The notes under the pieces: model-generated | Databases searched by the model: none | Told to the model about the DNA's origin: nothing | What the model saw: the letters and a program-made list of their open reading frames with translations, nothing else | In this document: one piece after another, positions 42,300 to 54,339 of the stretch | How the letters are laid out: every line of letters starts with the position of its first letter | How positions within the stretch are numbered: position 1 is the stretch's first letter | Position numbers and translations under genes: made by a program | NCBI RefSeq assembly: GCF_018350175.1 | Contig: NC_058368.1 | Span: forward strand, 173,850,001 to 173,914,000 | Direction: 5' to 3' | DNA length: 64,000 nt | Source: Felis catus | Taxonomy: Eukaryota

Positions 42300-44085
42300 C
42301 TCTACTACGTGCTGAGCACACTCTCTGATCTCCAACCTCACTAGCTGCTCCTCCTCCCCTTACCTTCATCTGAGGTAGACGCTGTGTGTGCCCTAGGGCT
42401 ACGTCCAGGATGCTCTTCTTGTTGAGTCTTAGCCTAGATGATCTCATCCAGGTCAAGGACTTTACTATGACCTATGTGTCAATGACATCAAATTTGTGTC
42501 CCTAGTCAGACCTTCTCCCCTGGCCTCCAAACTCAGTACAAACAACATACCGTGTATCTCCAGCTGGCTATTCTATAAGCATCTTTTAACACCTTCAAAA
42601 CAGAACTCTTGAATCTTTCCTCCAATCCTGTTCTTCAAGTCTCCATTTTAATGAATGACACCAACATACATCTAGTTGCTCAGGCCAAAACCAGAGCTTC
42701 ATTCTTGATTCCTCCTTTTCTTTTCATTGTCCACATCCAAGTTATCAAGACTTGTTGATTCTACTTCCTCACTATCTTCCAATGTCCCAAATCCTTCCAG
42801 TATCCCAGGCTATTCCAAGCTACAATTATTTTTGGTTTAGACTACTGCAGCAACCTCTTAAACTGGTCTCCCTGATTCCGCTATGGTCTCCTTTCAGGAA
42901 GGTGACTATACTCCTGGTTTGTTTGGGACAGTTCTAGTTTTCACCTGTTGTTTGACATCCCCTCCAGTTAGCACCCCCTTTCATTTGCAAAAGGATTCCC
43001 ACTTGGATGATAAATTACAAGGTCACCTTACTGTACAGTATTATCTTCTCACAGTAGCTAAAACTACTTTTTAAATCTTTTCGTTTTTTTTTTAATGTTT
43101 ATTTATTTTTGAGAGAAAGAGTAGACACAGCGTGAGCAGGGGAGAAGCAGAGAGAGGGTGAAACACAGAATCTGAAGCACGCTCCAGGCTCTGAGCTGTC
43201 AGCACAGAGCCTGACATGGGGCTCGAACCCACGAACCGTGAGATCGTGACCTGAGCCAAAGTTGGACACTTAACTGACTGAGCCACCAAGGCACCCCTAA
43301 AACCATCTTTTAAAAATGCAAATGAGATCATGTCATTCCCCTGCCTAAAACCCTTCAAAGATTTCTTATTACATAAGGATAAAATTGGAACTCCTTATTG
43401 TGGTCTACAAGACCCTATATGACCTAGCCCACTACTTCTCATCTCTTCAGACTGCGTCTTCCATTCATTACCTTCCAGCCCCACTGGCCTTTCAATTCCT
43501 CCAAGTAGTCATACCATTTCCACTTCCAAGTCTTTGTTTTTGCCACACCCATTGCTGCTACCTTAGATCTTCTCATAACAAATCTATTCTGTCATTTTTT
43601 TCTCTGATCAAATATTAACTCTTCAGAGAGAGACCTTCTTTGAAAATACAATTTAATGTTCCCAACACCACCTGTTACTATTACATTGTTCACTTATTTT
43701 CTGGTTGTTTATTGCTTATATTTCCCCAACAGAATATCAGCTCATTGTTAACTTGTTTACTTCTGGTCCCCAGGGTCAGAGCATGTGCTCAATAAGTATT
43801 TATTGAAAGAATGAATCACAACCAAAGAAAAAAATTAAAACCATGACAGCTCATAGAATCTGGCTACCAAATCAACAAATATTTCAATGAACAAAAATGC
43901 CTATTTTTATTTCTAACACTCCATATCATCTGACATTACATTTATGTGACTGTTTATTGTTTGTTTCCCCTTGACTAAAATAGAACCTCCACAAGGGCAG
44001 GGACTTGTTCACAGCTGTATTCTTAGCACCTAAAAGTGCCTTGCATATAGTAAGTGTTCAGTAAATGTTTACCAAATAAATTGAC
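42300..44085 (+). mobile_element. L2 relic fragments
   Basis: Typical L2 3' text (CTAGTTGCTCAGGCCAAAACC, GATCATGTCATTCCCCTGCCTAAAACCCTTCAA, GGGCAGGGACTTGTTCACAGCTGTATTCTTAGCACCTA). Confidence 0.7.
43085..43297 (-). mobile_element. SINEC (other single copies at ~2046-2256, 6945-7090, 15566-15772, 22770-22867, 44454-44592, 49160-49368, 58383-58592, 61806-62021, 62210-62467)
   Basis: Same SINEC head, linker and tail structure at each position. Confidence 0.88.
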
Positions 44086-45004
44086 AATATCTAGGGGTGA
44101 CTGGGTAGTGAAGAAAAGGGTATGGTGAGAATATAATTGGTGCACAATTTCTGTAGGAAATTTGGCAATATATATCAAAAGCTCTCAAAGGGGGCATACC
44201 TTTTGACTTCATACTCTCACTTCTAAGAGGAACTCATCCTAAAGAAGCAAATAAACAAGGGTACAAAGATTATTTGTGAGGGACTTTACACTGGGTTGTT
44301 TATGACAGAGAAAATTTGTAAATGTCAGCATGATATCCATTAACAGGAGATCATAAATAGAATTACAAATCTATACAATGAAACACATTAAAAATATTGG
44401 AGAGACATGTATTTATTGGTGCAAGAGACAAAAAGTGTATTAAGAGAAAAGGTGGGGCACCTGGGTGGCTCAGGCAATTAAGCATCTGACTCTTGATTTT
44501 GGCTCAGGTTTTATCTCATGGTTCGTGAACTCAAGCCTTGTGTTGCTTGGGATTCTCTCTCTTAAATAATCAATAAATAAACATTAAAAAAGAGAGAGAA
44601 AAAGGCAAGCTAAAAAAGCCCCACATGTATAGTGGAATTTCATTTTCGCAAAAACATACATGGGGAAGACACGAGGGTCTGTATGAATGCACACTGGCAT
44701 TTACAGATAAAAGTTTAGATGGACATACTTCAAAATATCAACACTGGTTATCGCTGGATGGTGAGATTAAGGACGGTTTTAATTTTCTTCTACATACATT
44801 TCTAAAGTTTTTGTAATTAGGTCAACATTCTGCTTTTGTAAGTGGCAAACAAAAAGTAGTATTATGGAAAACACAGACCCGCTTCATAAACTTAGTGAAG
44901 ACTAAAGCCCAGGTTAAGAACCAGGAGTTCAGAAATGTCAACTTCAGTATTGGAAATAGTTTTCTGATTTCCCGAATTCAAGCAAGTTGTTTCCCCTCAG
45001 TCAA

Positions 45005-45035
<31 letters not shown>

Positions 45036-46879
45036 GAAAAGAAAAAAAAGAAAAAATAAATAAAACTTGTTTCTTTTATTTCATCGCCTGCCACGCTTGA
45101 GAAGGTCAGGCCTGGTTGAGAAAAAATACAAAGTGTAGCAAAAGCGATCATCTATGCTAGGCATTTTCCTTGTGTTGCCTTATTAAAAACCCCCTTATGA
45201 TCCTGTCAGATAGGTATCAATGTTCTCAAGCGCAAAAGCTGAGAGAGGTGACAGAATTTGCCAAAACTCTCACTGCTGCTATGCGGGGTAGGGGTGGGGG
45301 TTCCTGATTTGAAGAGAGGTCTCTCTGACCTCAGGGCCTTCAGGCGAAAGCTAGACAAAAGCGTTTTAGGCTTTAACCTTGCAAGTCTCTTAACGCATCT
45401 GATCTCTGACATGGTTATCCTACTGCCCTATTTAATTTGCAACAACCATAAAAAGAGACCAAGCCTGGAGTTTTAAAGGAAAACTGGAGTAAATATATGG
45501 AGAGGCAAGATTTACATTGGGTACTATTCTCTGGAATGTGCCCTTCATTTCTTTTCAGCTCAGAAGGCTCAGAATGAAAAGGCTTGGTTGGGCGGTCACG
45601 GGGGAGGGGAGCAGTTTGAGACAGCACCCACGTTCGTGTGTGAAGGGCCACAAGAGACACCACAGACGAAGGATGACATCTGAGCGCTTAAAGAGAGGAG
45701 CTGGACGAAGATGAGGGAAGATGGACGACACCTGGAAGGAAAGGGGGCTTGAGACCAGGGGCAACGGGAACGAGGAAGAACTGGAAGGAAAGGCAGCTGT
45801 GAGTTATCCTGAGGCCACTTCTTCCTTCCACCTTTTTTCTCCCTGTCGTCTTTTCCTTGCTTATCTCGGTCACGATTAGGCCTTCAGCACTCTTTGCTAT
45901 TTGGGCGATTACCAAATCTCTCCAGTCCTGACTTTTCTCCAGAGTTCAACTCCTCCTGAGGTCCCAACTGAAGGCGGCATCCCTTCCACCGCAAGCCTGC
46001 TCCTACTCACGTACTCGTTCTCACTTATCAAACATCCATTAGAACTGCTTTTTCTCCTCTTCCTTCAGCCATTCTTTCACCCAACAAACATTTATTGTGG
46101 GTCTACGTCCTTCACACCGCCACCGCACTGGGGCTACCCATGCACTTACCACGTTGGGTCACTTCTCCTCTGAAATCTTGTCTGTCCATCTCCTCTAAGT
46201 TCTTTACTGAGATTTACTGAGAATCCTGCATGCTTGAACCGGGGCGACACGGGACTAAACGTTAACTGGTCTGGCATGCCATTCATTTCGTAACGACCAC
46301 TTGGCATTTAGCACTATACCTGGGGCACAGAAGGGGCTGGCAGTGGAGGCGTAGGGACTACAAACTGGCTGGGACCGGAGGAGCAGAAGCTAGGAGATTT
46401 GCCTCGAAGCAGTATTTGCATATGAAGAAAGGTGTCTTCCTTAACCTGTAGGTTACAGACCTATACCAGCCAGAGAATTCTTTTATTTCTGGGGTGTGTC
46501 CGTGGGAAGCTGGGAAGACGGCTGGAAGTCTGATGTTGAGAGTCTTCTGATAGAAAGCCTGTCCACCTCCCACTCCTGGAGTACTCAACAGTCACTTGTT
46601 GAATACATCACCTTCTCTGAGAGAGGCCACGGACATTGTGTTCTCCACTGTATCCCCAGCGCCTAGCACATCTAGCCCACATTAGGGGTTCCGTAAATAT
46701 CTGTGGAGGATTCTAGAAAGGCAGGGACCATAGATATTTCATTCACCACCTTAGGACGAAGGACAAAGACTAAAGACTAAGGAGCCTGAAGGAAAAAGGG
46801 AGCAAGACGTTTCCCTCCCTATTCCTTTAGAGCTGGGTAAATGTTTGCTAAGCGAAATAAATCGCCCTCCTGCACTACT

Positions 46880-48000
46880 CCAAAATCGGGCCCCTCGCTC
46901 GGCTGCCAGGCCCTGGAGCGCGGCCACCATCTGGCTCAAGCTCAGGCCCGCGCTTCCCTCCCTCCCGGCCCGGGCTCCTGTTACCTCCCTGCACACATCT
47001 GTACCCACCACAGGCCAAACAATTACACGCTCCCGCGTCCCTGCCTCGAGATCCCCCAGCACCACGTCCCCCCAGCTCCCCGCCCCCACCCGAGCTCCGG
47101 GGAAGCCGGCGGCGGGGCCTCACACCGCCGCTTGCAGCCGGCTCCCGCACCCCCCGCCACAGGCGCGCCAGGCCGCCGTCCATGTGCTCGGCCGCCGTTG
47201 CCAGCCCCGGCCCGCTGAGGCTGCAGCGCGGAGCCCGGGAGGCCCGGCGGCCGCGGCCCGGGCCCGCCGCGCTCCTCAGGGCGGGAAAGGTCGGCAAGCG
47301 GCGAGGCGGGAAGCGGCTGAAGCTGTGAGGCGCCAGGGGACGGGAGGCGGTGGCGCGGGGGGACCAGCGGGCCGAGCCGGGGGTGCGAGGATGCGCAGCC
47401 CGAGCGGGGGCAGCGCTCCGGCCTCGGCGGGGCTGGGCGAGCGGCGGCTTGCTCACTCACCACGGTCCGGCGGGGCAGAGCGCCGGGGGTTCGGGACAGG
47501 GCCCGGCGGAGCCTCCGTGCCCTGCCCGAGCGGGCCCCCCCGGAGCTCTCGGAGCCGCTGTCGTCCGAGATCACGATGAAATCCTCCATGGCTGCGGGCC
47601 CCGGCCGAGGCGGCGCGCGGGCGGCCGGCGACCCGGACGACGGCGGCGGCGACTTCGGTTCCTGCTGCTGAGGCGGTGGCGGCGGCGACAACCGGAGCCA
47701 TCACCCCGCCGGCCCCGCCCCTTCCCGCCCCGAGCCCCGCCCCCGCCGGCCGGCTCCGCCCCGCCCCTCCGGAGCCAGCCCCCCCCCCCCCCCCCCCCCC
47801 CGCCGGCGGTGGCAAGCGGCGGGCAGCGGGCGGGTCGGGCTCTGGCCCCGCGGGCGCTGTGCTTGGCGGGGAAACTTATCTTCCCTTCCTGGGGAGGAAA
47901 AAAAAGAGAGAGAGAGAGAGAGAAAATCAAGTCGCAGCCGGCTTGGACCGGTGTTGCGGGCGGGCGTGGGAGACGCTGAGGCTGCGAGGGCTTCCCCAGC
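46880..48000. promoter_or_regulatory. SIMC1: CpG island / TATA-less promoter of SIMC1
   Basis: Very GC- and CpG-rich block spanning exon 1 in an otherwise CpG-depleted window; several GC boxes (CCCCGCCC, CCGCCC) at ~47703-47767 just upstream of the ATG. Confidence 0.92.
47461..47589 (-). CDS. SIMC1: SIMC1 coding exon 1 ([43 protein letters not shown])
   Basis: ATG at 47589 in strong Kozak context (GCAGCCATGG) inside a CpG island; 129 nt = 43 codons; ends GTG|GTGAGT (phase-0 donor); contains SIM-like FIVISDDS; matches the recognised N-terminus of the long SIMC1 isoform. Confidence 0.93.
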
Positions 48001-48723
48001 TGTTTCCAACTGACCCAAGTGTGAAGTGAGGTGTGAACAGGCAGGCCTCTGACTGAGCCCGAGCCCACTGACTGCCCAGGAGAGAGGCCCTTGAGGACCT
48101 GGCCTACAACAGACTGGCTGGAGGGTCCCCCACTGACTGAGGGTAGGTGGCCTGGCCTGTGGCTGAGGGGGCAGAGACCACCCCCGCTCCCTTGTGCACA
48201 GGTGCCGGTACGACTGTGGGATAAATGCCTAGAAGTGGAATTACTGGGTCAGAGGGGATGTTTCTGCTGTTTCGATAAATGATGCCAAATTACTCCTAAA
48301 TCGTACCAACTGGCAGTTTTACCAACAATCTGGGTCCCGCAGGCATTTAAACTGTGAGATTCAGAAACTTGGGCAGTTGGTAGCAGGATCAGAAACTTGA
48401 AAAAATGTACAAAGAGAAGCCCTGAGATGGCTCCCGCCAGGAAAAATGAGATGTTATGAATGAGCAAAGTTATAAAGATAAAAAGATATACCCGGTAGAG
48501 GGAGAAGTGGTAGGTAGGTGGCCGGTTGTAGGGCAGGAACAAGTCAAGATGGGGAGGATCTGTGTTACGATAAATGTTGGGTATTGACAAAATCCTGTAG
48601 CTCATGCTCCCGCAACTTGCTAATATGGGTTGACAGAGCCAATGGGAAAACGCATTTCTCAGAAGAGGGATTGATTTCCAAAGGAATGGTTATCAGATGC
48701 TACCTGATAAGCACTGTCTAGAG

Positions 48724-48911
48724 CAGTGATTCTCAAACTTCAGTGAACATCACAATCACCAAGAAGACGTGTTCAAACACAGATTGTTGGGCCCCACCCC
48801 AGAGTTTGTAATTCTGGGGTACGAGGCATGAGGCTCTGAATTTATATTTCTGAAAAGTTTCCGGATATCGTTGATCCTGCAGGTCTGGGCACCATGTGTT
48901 GAAAACCACTG
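48724..48911. mobile_element. MER5A (hAT-Charlie)
   Basis: TIRs CAGTGATTCTCAA / TTGAAAACCACTG, 188 bp, degenerate 8-bp TSD GTCTAGAG / GTCTGGTG. Confidence 0.85.
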
Positions 48912-49889
48912 GTCTGGTGGGCAGGGAGTCTACTGCGAACGCATTTCAGAAGTTCTGGTTGAATGGCGAAAATCATCCCACTTGTGAGGGGATTCATTAA
49001 GTTGTCTTCACCAAATGCCATTAAACATTCGGTTTATTTGACTCCCTGCTTCTTGAAACACTGTCTTCTCTAAGCTTCTGTGACGCTGCACCTCTCTGAC
49101 CACTTCTTTTCAGTCTTCCTAGATGACTCCTGCTCCTCTACTCACTCCTTGAATCTTATTTTTAATTTTTTTTAACATTTACTTATTATTGACAGAGACA
49201 GAACATGAGCATGTGAAGGGCAGAGAGAGGAGGAGACACAGAATCTGAAGCAGGCTCCAGGCTCTGATCTGTTAGCACAGAGCCCAATGTGGGGCTCAAA
49301 CCCACAAACCGTGAGATCATGACCTGAGCAAAGTCGGACGCTTCACTGACTGAGCCACCCAGGCGCCCCATCCTTGAATCTTGATGTTCTCCAGAGTTCT
49401 AACAGAGGCCACCTTCACGCACTCTCCCTACACAGTGTCAACATGGCTGTAAGGGTAACTTTGATGTGGACGGCTCCTACAGGCTTATCTCCAGCCTTGC
49501 ATGTATATTGAATGAATTAAAACCGAACCCCTGTCCCCTCAAAAAAAGCCTGCTTCTTCTCTGTTCCCTATCTTAGTGAGCGGTGGTACTACCAGCCAGC
49601 AATTGCTCAAGTGAGAAATCTGAGCATTATGCTTGATTTCTACCTCTTTCTCACCAACAAGTCCTGTCTCTTTTATCTCCTAAATATTTTTCGTCCCCGT
49701 TTGCTTCTTTTGGCCTCTTCTGGGATCCTTCTAGGCAAGCTAAGGTCACCTCTGGCCCAGTCTGCTTTAGTAGTCACCTATTTAGTCTTCCTGAATCTAT
49801 TCTTGCCCTCTTTCATTCCTTTTTCCACATCCAAAGTGATCTTTAAGAGAGTTTGTAATCAAGTCCCCTTTAGTGGCTTCCTAATAACA

Positions 49890-50370
49890 CTGTGTCTTAG
49901 TCACCACCATATTAACAAAATACCATGGCCTGGGTTACTTAAACAATAGAAATTTCTTTTCTTACAGTTCTAGAGGCTGGGAAGTCAAAGATCAAGGTTT
50001 CTGGTGAAACCTCTCTGTTTAGGTTGCAGATTTCTTTTTACAGCCTCACATGGTCTTTCCGCAGTGGGTGTATGCTGAGAGAGAGGGAGAGAGGGAGGGA
50101 AGGAGGGAGGAAGAAAAGAAGGAGCAAAGGAAAGAGGGAAGGAGGGAGACAAGGAGAGGGAGAGGGGAGAGAGAGGAAGGGAGGCAGAGAAGGAAAAGGA
50201 GAGAGAGAGAGAGAGAAGAGAGAGATTTCTTCCTCCTATAAGGCCACTAATCCCAGCATGAGGGCCCAATCTACATGTCTAATCTAACCTTAATTACCTT
50301 TCAAAGGCCCCATATCCAAGTACCATCACATTGGGGGTTAGAGTTTTTTGGGGGGAACACAAATATAGCA
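49890..50370 (-). mobile_element. MLT1A-like solo LTR with an internal purine-rich expansion (~50078-50224)
   Basis: TGTCTTAGTC...CTTACAGTTCTAGAGGCTGGGAAGTCAAAGATCAAGG...TATAAGGCCACTAATCCC...ACCATCACATTGGGGGTTAG. Confidence 0.82.
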
Positions 50371-51102
50371 CTATAAACTTTTAAATGTAAAAAATATATT
50401 TTTGTAAATTATATAAATATTATATTTATATATAGTAAACATATGATTTCACCATAAGTAATTTTTACCCCTCCCCAAAAAAAGGAAGGGAAAAAATTTT
50501 GAACTTTATGGTATGCATGTTACAGTGTTAAGGGACGAAGTATACTGATGTCTCCAAGTTATTTTGAAATGCATCAAAAATAGATGAATGTGTAGATGGA
50601 TAAATATGGATAAAGCAAATATGACAAAATGTTAACATTGTCAAATCTACATGATACTTTAACTTTTATGTAAATTTGAATGTTTTCATATTTACATTGA
50701 GAAAAAATTTAAAATTAAGAAAGTGAGTTATGATTTCATAACGTTTTAAAAAAAGGAGAGTGAAGATTATGATGAGCCCTGTGTGCCCATCATCCAGCTT
50801 CAAGAATGATCAATCTTGTTCCACTTATATTCTTACCCACTCTGTCACAACACAGTGACACTTTTGAAACAATAGTGAACAAGGTAGACATGGTCTCTGG
50901 TTTATGGTGATTATACTTTGTGGAGAAAGCAGACAATAAGCTAGTAAATAATTATAAACCAGTTTGTGATATACTTGTGAGATGTAACTTGTGAGATATA
51001 AATATAAAATAATTTTATTGTTTCTCCAGTAACCATCACCACTGTCTGTAGAAATCCTCTTGTTCTCTAGATAGTGAATTCCCTTAAAAAATAGTCTATT
51101 CT

Positions 51103-51590
51103 GGGGGTGCCTGTGTGGCTCAGTCGGTTAAGTGACTCTTGATTTCAATTCAGGTAATGATCTCATGGTTCGTGACATTGAGCCTCGCATCGGGCTCTGC
51201 CTGGTTGGGATTCTCTCTCTCCCTGTCTCTCTGCCTCTCCTCTGCACATGCTCTCTCTCTCTGTCTCAGAATAAATAAACATTAAAAGATTTTTTTAAAA
51301 AAATATCCTGTTCTGGTCCCATTCCAAGCACTATGACTTAGGCTTGTCCATTTAAAGTCTTTAATCTCATATTTAATTTTTTTTTTTTTAATGTTTATTT
51401 ATTTTTGAGACAGAGAGAGACAGAGCATGAATGGGGGAGGGTCAGAGAGAGGGAGACACAGAATCTGAAACAGGCTCCAGGCTCTGAGCTGCCAGCACAG
51501 AGCCCGACGCGGGGCTCGAACTCACGGACCGCGAGATCATGACCTGAGCCGAAGTCGGCCGCTTAACTGACTGAGCCACCCAGGCGCCCC
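51103..51590. mobile_element. Tail-to-tail SINEC pair: 51103-51303(+), 51378-51590(-)
   Basis: Canonical bodies; the second is flanked by TAATCTCATATTTAATTT on both sides. Confidence 0.9.
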
Positions 51591-52819
51591 TAATCTCATA
51601 TTTAATTTATAGCTCTTACCATTCTCCGGGTGCAGGTAGACTTGTGGTTACAACAGCTCCTCGTGGAGAGGGTGGTAATGTCCCCTTCTGTACCCTTGAC
51701 TCTTGTTCCTCCCAAGTAGGAATGAGGAAGAGGGAGAGAGAATATTCTCTGCAAGACTGTCCAGAAAGAATTGTTTGCTCTTTTTCTGCTGGTTGTTGCT
51801 GTTTCAATAATCGTTCTCCCAATGTGTGGGGAGTACAGAGGCTAGCTCTCTTACTTGGACGGGGCACATGGTTGCTCTCTGGGGCCTGCTCTGTGTACAT
51901 CCTAACCTAGGAGAAGTCAGTCTCAACCTCTTTCTCCCAGACATCCCCATCAGTCCCTACCAGGGGCAATCTAACCTGTAAGCCTGTTGGGGGATCCTTG
52001 TTGTTCGGGGATCCTTGTCCGGAGGGGCTTCTTGGGGAGTGCCAGCAAGAGCCTTGAGGCCCAGCCATCTTCTGTGCTCTCTAGGAGACTCACACATGGA
52101 GATTTTGCATGCTTAAATCAGGAAGGAAAGAAATGCAGGCAGCTCTTATCCTGATGGCCTTTATCTACGCCCACGTTAGCTCTCTTCTCCCTTCCTTCGC
52201 ACCCAAGGACATCAGGGGCTTGTTCAAGTCATGGTTCAGTAACTTTCAGACAAGTTCTCAGCTTGGGGAATGGGAAGAAGAATAGTTTGCTGCACTTTCA
52301 ACTTGTGGTAAGGGAATGGGGAGAACAAGTTGAATGACCCCATCTTCTTTAGCTAGGGAGAATTAATGGATGGTTGCTAACTACAATATTCATCTGGATA
52401 TATGAACTAATTGGAGAAAAATTTAAATTCTACTTTTGTTGCAGAATTTATGATAAAGTGGTTAATATTAGTAACTAACTTTTAAGCATAGTGATATGAC
52501 TTTAAGGGTACAACGGTGTTCTGATTGTATATATCTTTCTCATCAGCTGTCCTGCCTGAAAGTCAGGAAACACAGGGGCCCTGGTTGTGTAATAAGAGTA
52601 CACTTGAAAAATGCCTTGTCCTTATCTGAAAACCCAGATGGAAGAATACCAGCCCTGAAGTTGCTTTTCTTAAAACCGTAAGTAGTGTCACTTATGTTTT
52701 CTTGGTCATCCTGGATCTGTCTTGAAATACTCTGTTTACCCAAGGCTTCTAAAATCATAGTTTTTCACAAGCTAGTATCTTTGTGTGTTTTTCTTTTCTT
52801 TTTTTTCTGGGAGATTTGT

Positions 52820-53319
52820 CTTATTTTTTTCCAGATTTATTGAGATATAGTTGACACATAACACTGTGTAAGTTTAAGAAGTACAATGTGGTATTTTGAT
52901 ACATACATATGTTGTGAAATATTTACCACAATAAGGTTGGTTAACACATCCTTTACCTTACATAACTACTGTTTTGTTGTTGGTATGGTGACATTAAAGC
53001 TTTGCTCTCATAGCAACTTTCAAGTATACAATACAGTATTATTAACTATGGTCATCATGCTGTACATTAGATGCCCAGAACTTATTCATCTTAAAACTGA
53101 AAGTTTGGACTGTTTGATTAATAGCTCCCCTTTACCCCCTCCCAACCCTGGCAACCACCACCCTCCTCTTTGTTTCTATAAGTTTAATGTTTTAGATTCC
53201 ACATATAAGTGAGATCATAGAGTATTTGTCTTTTCCTGAATTATTTTCCTTAACATAATGCCCTCAAGGTCCATCCACGTTGTTGCAAACAAGGATTTCC
53301 TTTTTTTTATGGCTGAATA

Positions 53320-53322
<3 letters not shown>
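52820..53322 (-). mobile_element. L1MA-type 3' UTR fragment
   Basis: TTTATTGAGATATAGTTGACACATAACACTGTGTAAGTTTAAG...GTCATCATGCTGTACATTAGAT...TTAGATTCCACATATAAGTGAGATCAT. Confidence 0.8.
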
Positions 53323-53353
<31 letters not shown>

Positions 53354-53460
53354 TTTTCAAGGTGATACTTCTTAATAGACTTATTCCCCTTAAATAATAC
53401 ATTAATCCCTTGTAAACTGAGAGGCTAACACAGTCATTTATTCATCCAATGATTACTGTA

Positions 53461-53950
53461 TAGGTATCTCCCACTTTTCTGAAAGTTCCACATTATACCA
53501 CTTTGCTTTTACGAAAGACTTAACATTTGTATCTGTTTTTGCTAACCAAAAGAAATCTGAAGAGGATTTTCACCCTTATGAAAAAAGGCAAAAAGCAAAA
53601 ACAGTGTCCAGCATTTATTTTGCAGCCAGCCCTAAGAGTGGCAGCTTGCACCCCAAGCAGTGAGAGTGGCCCTGCCCAGCTCCTTTACCAGGATCTCCAC
53701 TCAGCATCTCAGCAGCGAGCCACTGTAGCTTTGAACTGTGTCTGTGAGCATCTGTGCTGTATCTCAGTTTATTTTGTGCAACTGTTAGCAAGATGTGTCC
53801 TAAGGTAAGGGAAGAGCCTAAGAGAGGTTATTTTTGGGGTCTGGAAACACAAAAAAATTCCATATAAATGGATGGAAATTGCTTCTTTGCTTTATGCCAT
53901 TTCAGCTTATGAAGGGTTTCACAGGAGGACCCTAGTTTTGGATGGAAGGA
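53461..53950 (+). mobile_element. Probable TcMar-Tigger-like non-autonomous DNA transposon
   Basis: Starts TAGGTATCTCCCACTTTTCTGAAAGTT after a TA; internal GCAAGATGTGTCCTAAG resembles Tigger left ends; family not identified. Confidence 0.5.
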
Positions 53951-54339
53951 TGTATTGAGTGCCTACTGGGTGTCAGGCACCTTGTTAGGGGCTGGGGATG
54001 AAACAGTAAGCAAGAGAGTCATGGCCTCTGTTCTCACAGAGCTGAGCAGTCCTACTTTGTGAATGAAGAAAACAAATCTCAATCTCTTACTTTCTTTTGG
54101 AAAATATTTATTTTTTTTTTTAATGTTTGTTTATTTGTTTATTTATTTATTTAGTTGGGGGGTTGCCTAGAAGAGTTTGCTGCAGTCGCTCTCACACATC
54201 TCGCGTAGATTATTTTTGCCAAATCTGATCACTTATGTATTTAAAACTTCTGAATAATATATGTATATGACCAATCTACAATAATCCTGATTCAAAAAAG
54301 AAAGTTCTTCATTCAGTCAGTCAAATCTGCACTGAAACT

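Noticed and set aside
45011..45065. Orphan poly(A) tract suggesting a processed pseudogene tail
   Set aside because: No recognisable ORF, element body or TSD upstream; treated as a simple A-rich repeat
46751..48068. Long ORFs (up to 244 aa) in several frames over the CpG island
   Set aside because: Expected from extreme GC content; low-complexity Pro/Ala/Arg/Gly translations
51985..52020. Short tandem duplication of GGGGATCCTTGT (similar one, ACTTGTGAGAT, at ~50973-50997)
   Set aside because: Ordinary two-copy slippage duplications with no further structure
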